Source: Octopus sinensis (lineage: Eukaryota). Taken from it: DNA of 64,000 bases. Shown piece after piece: positions 63,655 through 64,000 of the stretch. Where the stretch lies: assembly GCF_006345805.1 (NCBI RefSeq), contig NC_043012.1:24180001-24244000 (forward strand). The letters run 5' to 3'. The stretch's first letter is position 1, and every line of letters starts with the position of its first letter. The notes below the pieces were generated by a model. It saw nothing but the letters and a program-made list of their open reading frames with translations, searched no databases and was not told the origin of the DNA. The translations under genes and the position numbers were made by a program.

Positions 63655-64000
63655 AATTATCTCCAGATAATTAGTTATAGAGGATATTTTATAATTAACA
63701 AATAGTTAACTAAGACCAGAGCCACTTGAAAAGGGGACATTAATCTCAAGTTTCAAGTCTTCTCCAAAACTGACATGTCATCCAGGAAATGGACAAGCCA
63801 ATTGTTTGGAGATAAGAGGATAGTTGTGGATTTGTGTTTCTGGCTAAATAGCCTTCATCAGTACAACAATTGTTCAACCTTATCTCCAGTCTGACAACAT
63901 TAAGGACTGGACAGGGTCACAACACAGTGACCCTGAACAGATACCATCAGTGGTGATGGCACACTGCAAGTGTCCAGAGTTGAATCTGCACCAGCAAAGG
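63655..64000 (-). mobile_element. dispersed homolog of the 27.4-28.2 kb hammerhead-bearing repeat
   Basis: Minus strand TGGAGATAAG...CTGATGA-AGGCT-ATTT-AGCCA-GAAAC...CTTATCTCCAAACAA; downstream flank aligns with 27.9-28.0 kb. Confidence 0.6.

Overview
AT-rich, repeat-saturated eukaryotic genomic DNA, almost all intronic or intergenic. Long (TA)n/(CA)n/(GA)n tracts and the SINE set look like an octopus (coleoid cephalopod) genome; that taxon call is an inference from remembered repeat families, not a search. No host gene can be named. Nearly all long ORFs in the track are translated microsatellites (YI/CV/HT repeats). Supported content: three tRNA-headed SINE groups (my labels A, B, C), decayed LINE pieces (two R4/Dong-like RLE elements, RTE, CR1), two mariner relics, piggyBac-like and hAT-like MITEs, and a few weak candidate exons of minus-strand genes, one preceded by an X-box-like motif. 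The most interesting signal is a set of hammerhead-ribozyme-like motifs (CUGANGA or variant core, stem II, GAAAC, very short stem III) in several unrelated short repeats. These include a tRNA-headed element arranged as a head-to-head palindrome (24.1-24.6 kb), a tandem repeat with ~400-nt monomers (27.4-28.2 kb) with a dispersed homolog at 63.7-64 kb, and microsatellite-flanked ~200-nt elements (1.7-2.1, 8.4, 56.8 kb). This resembles a Penelope-like or retrozyme-like self-cleaving RNA repeat system. Most copies here carry core or stem mutations, so activity is untested. Repeat boundaries were read by eye and are approximate.
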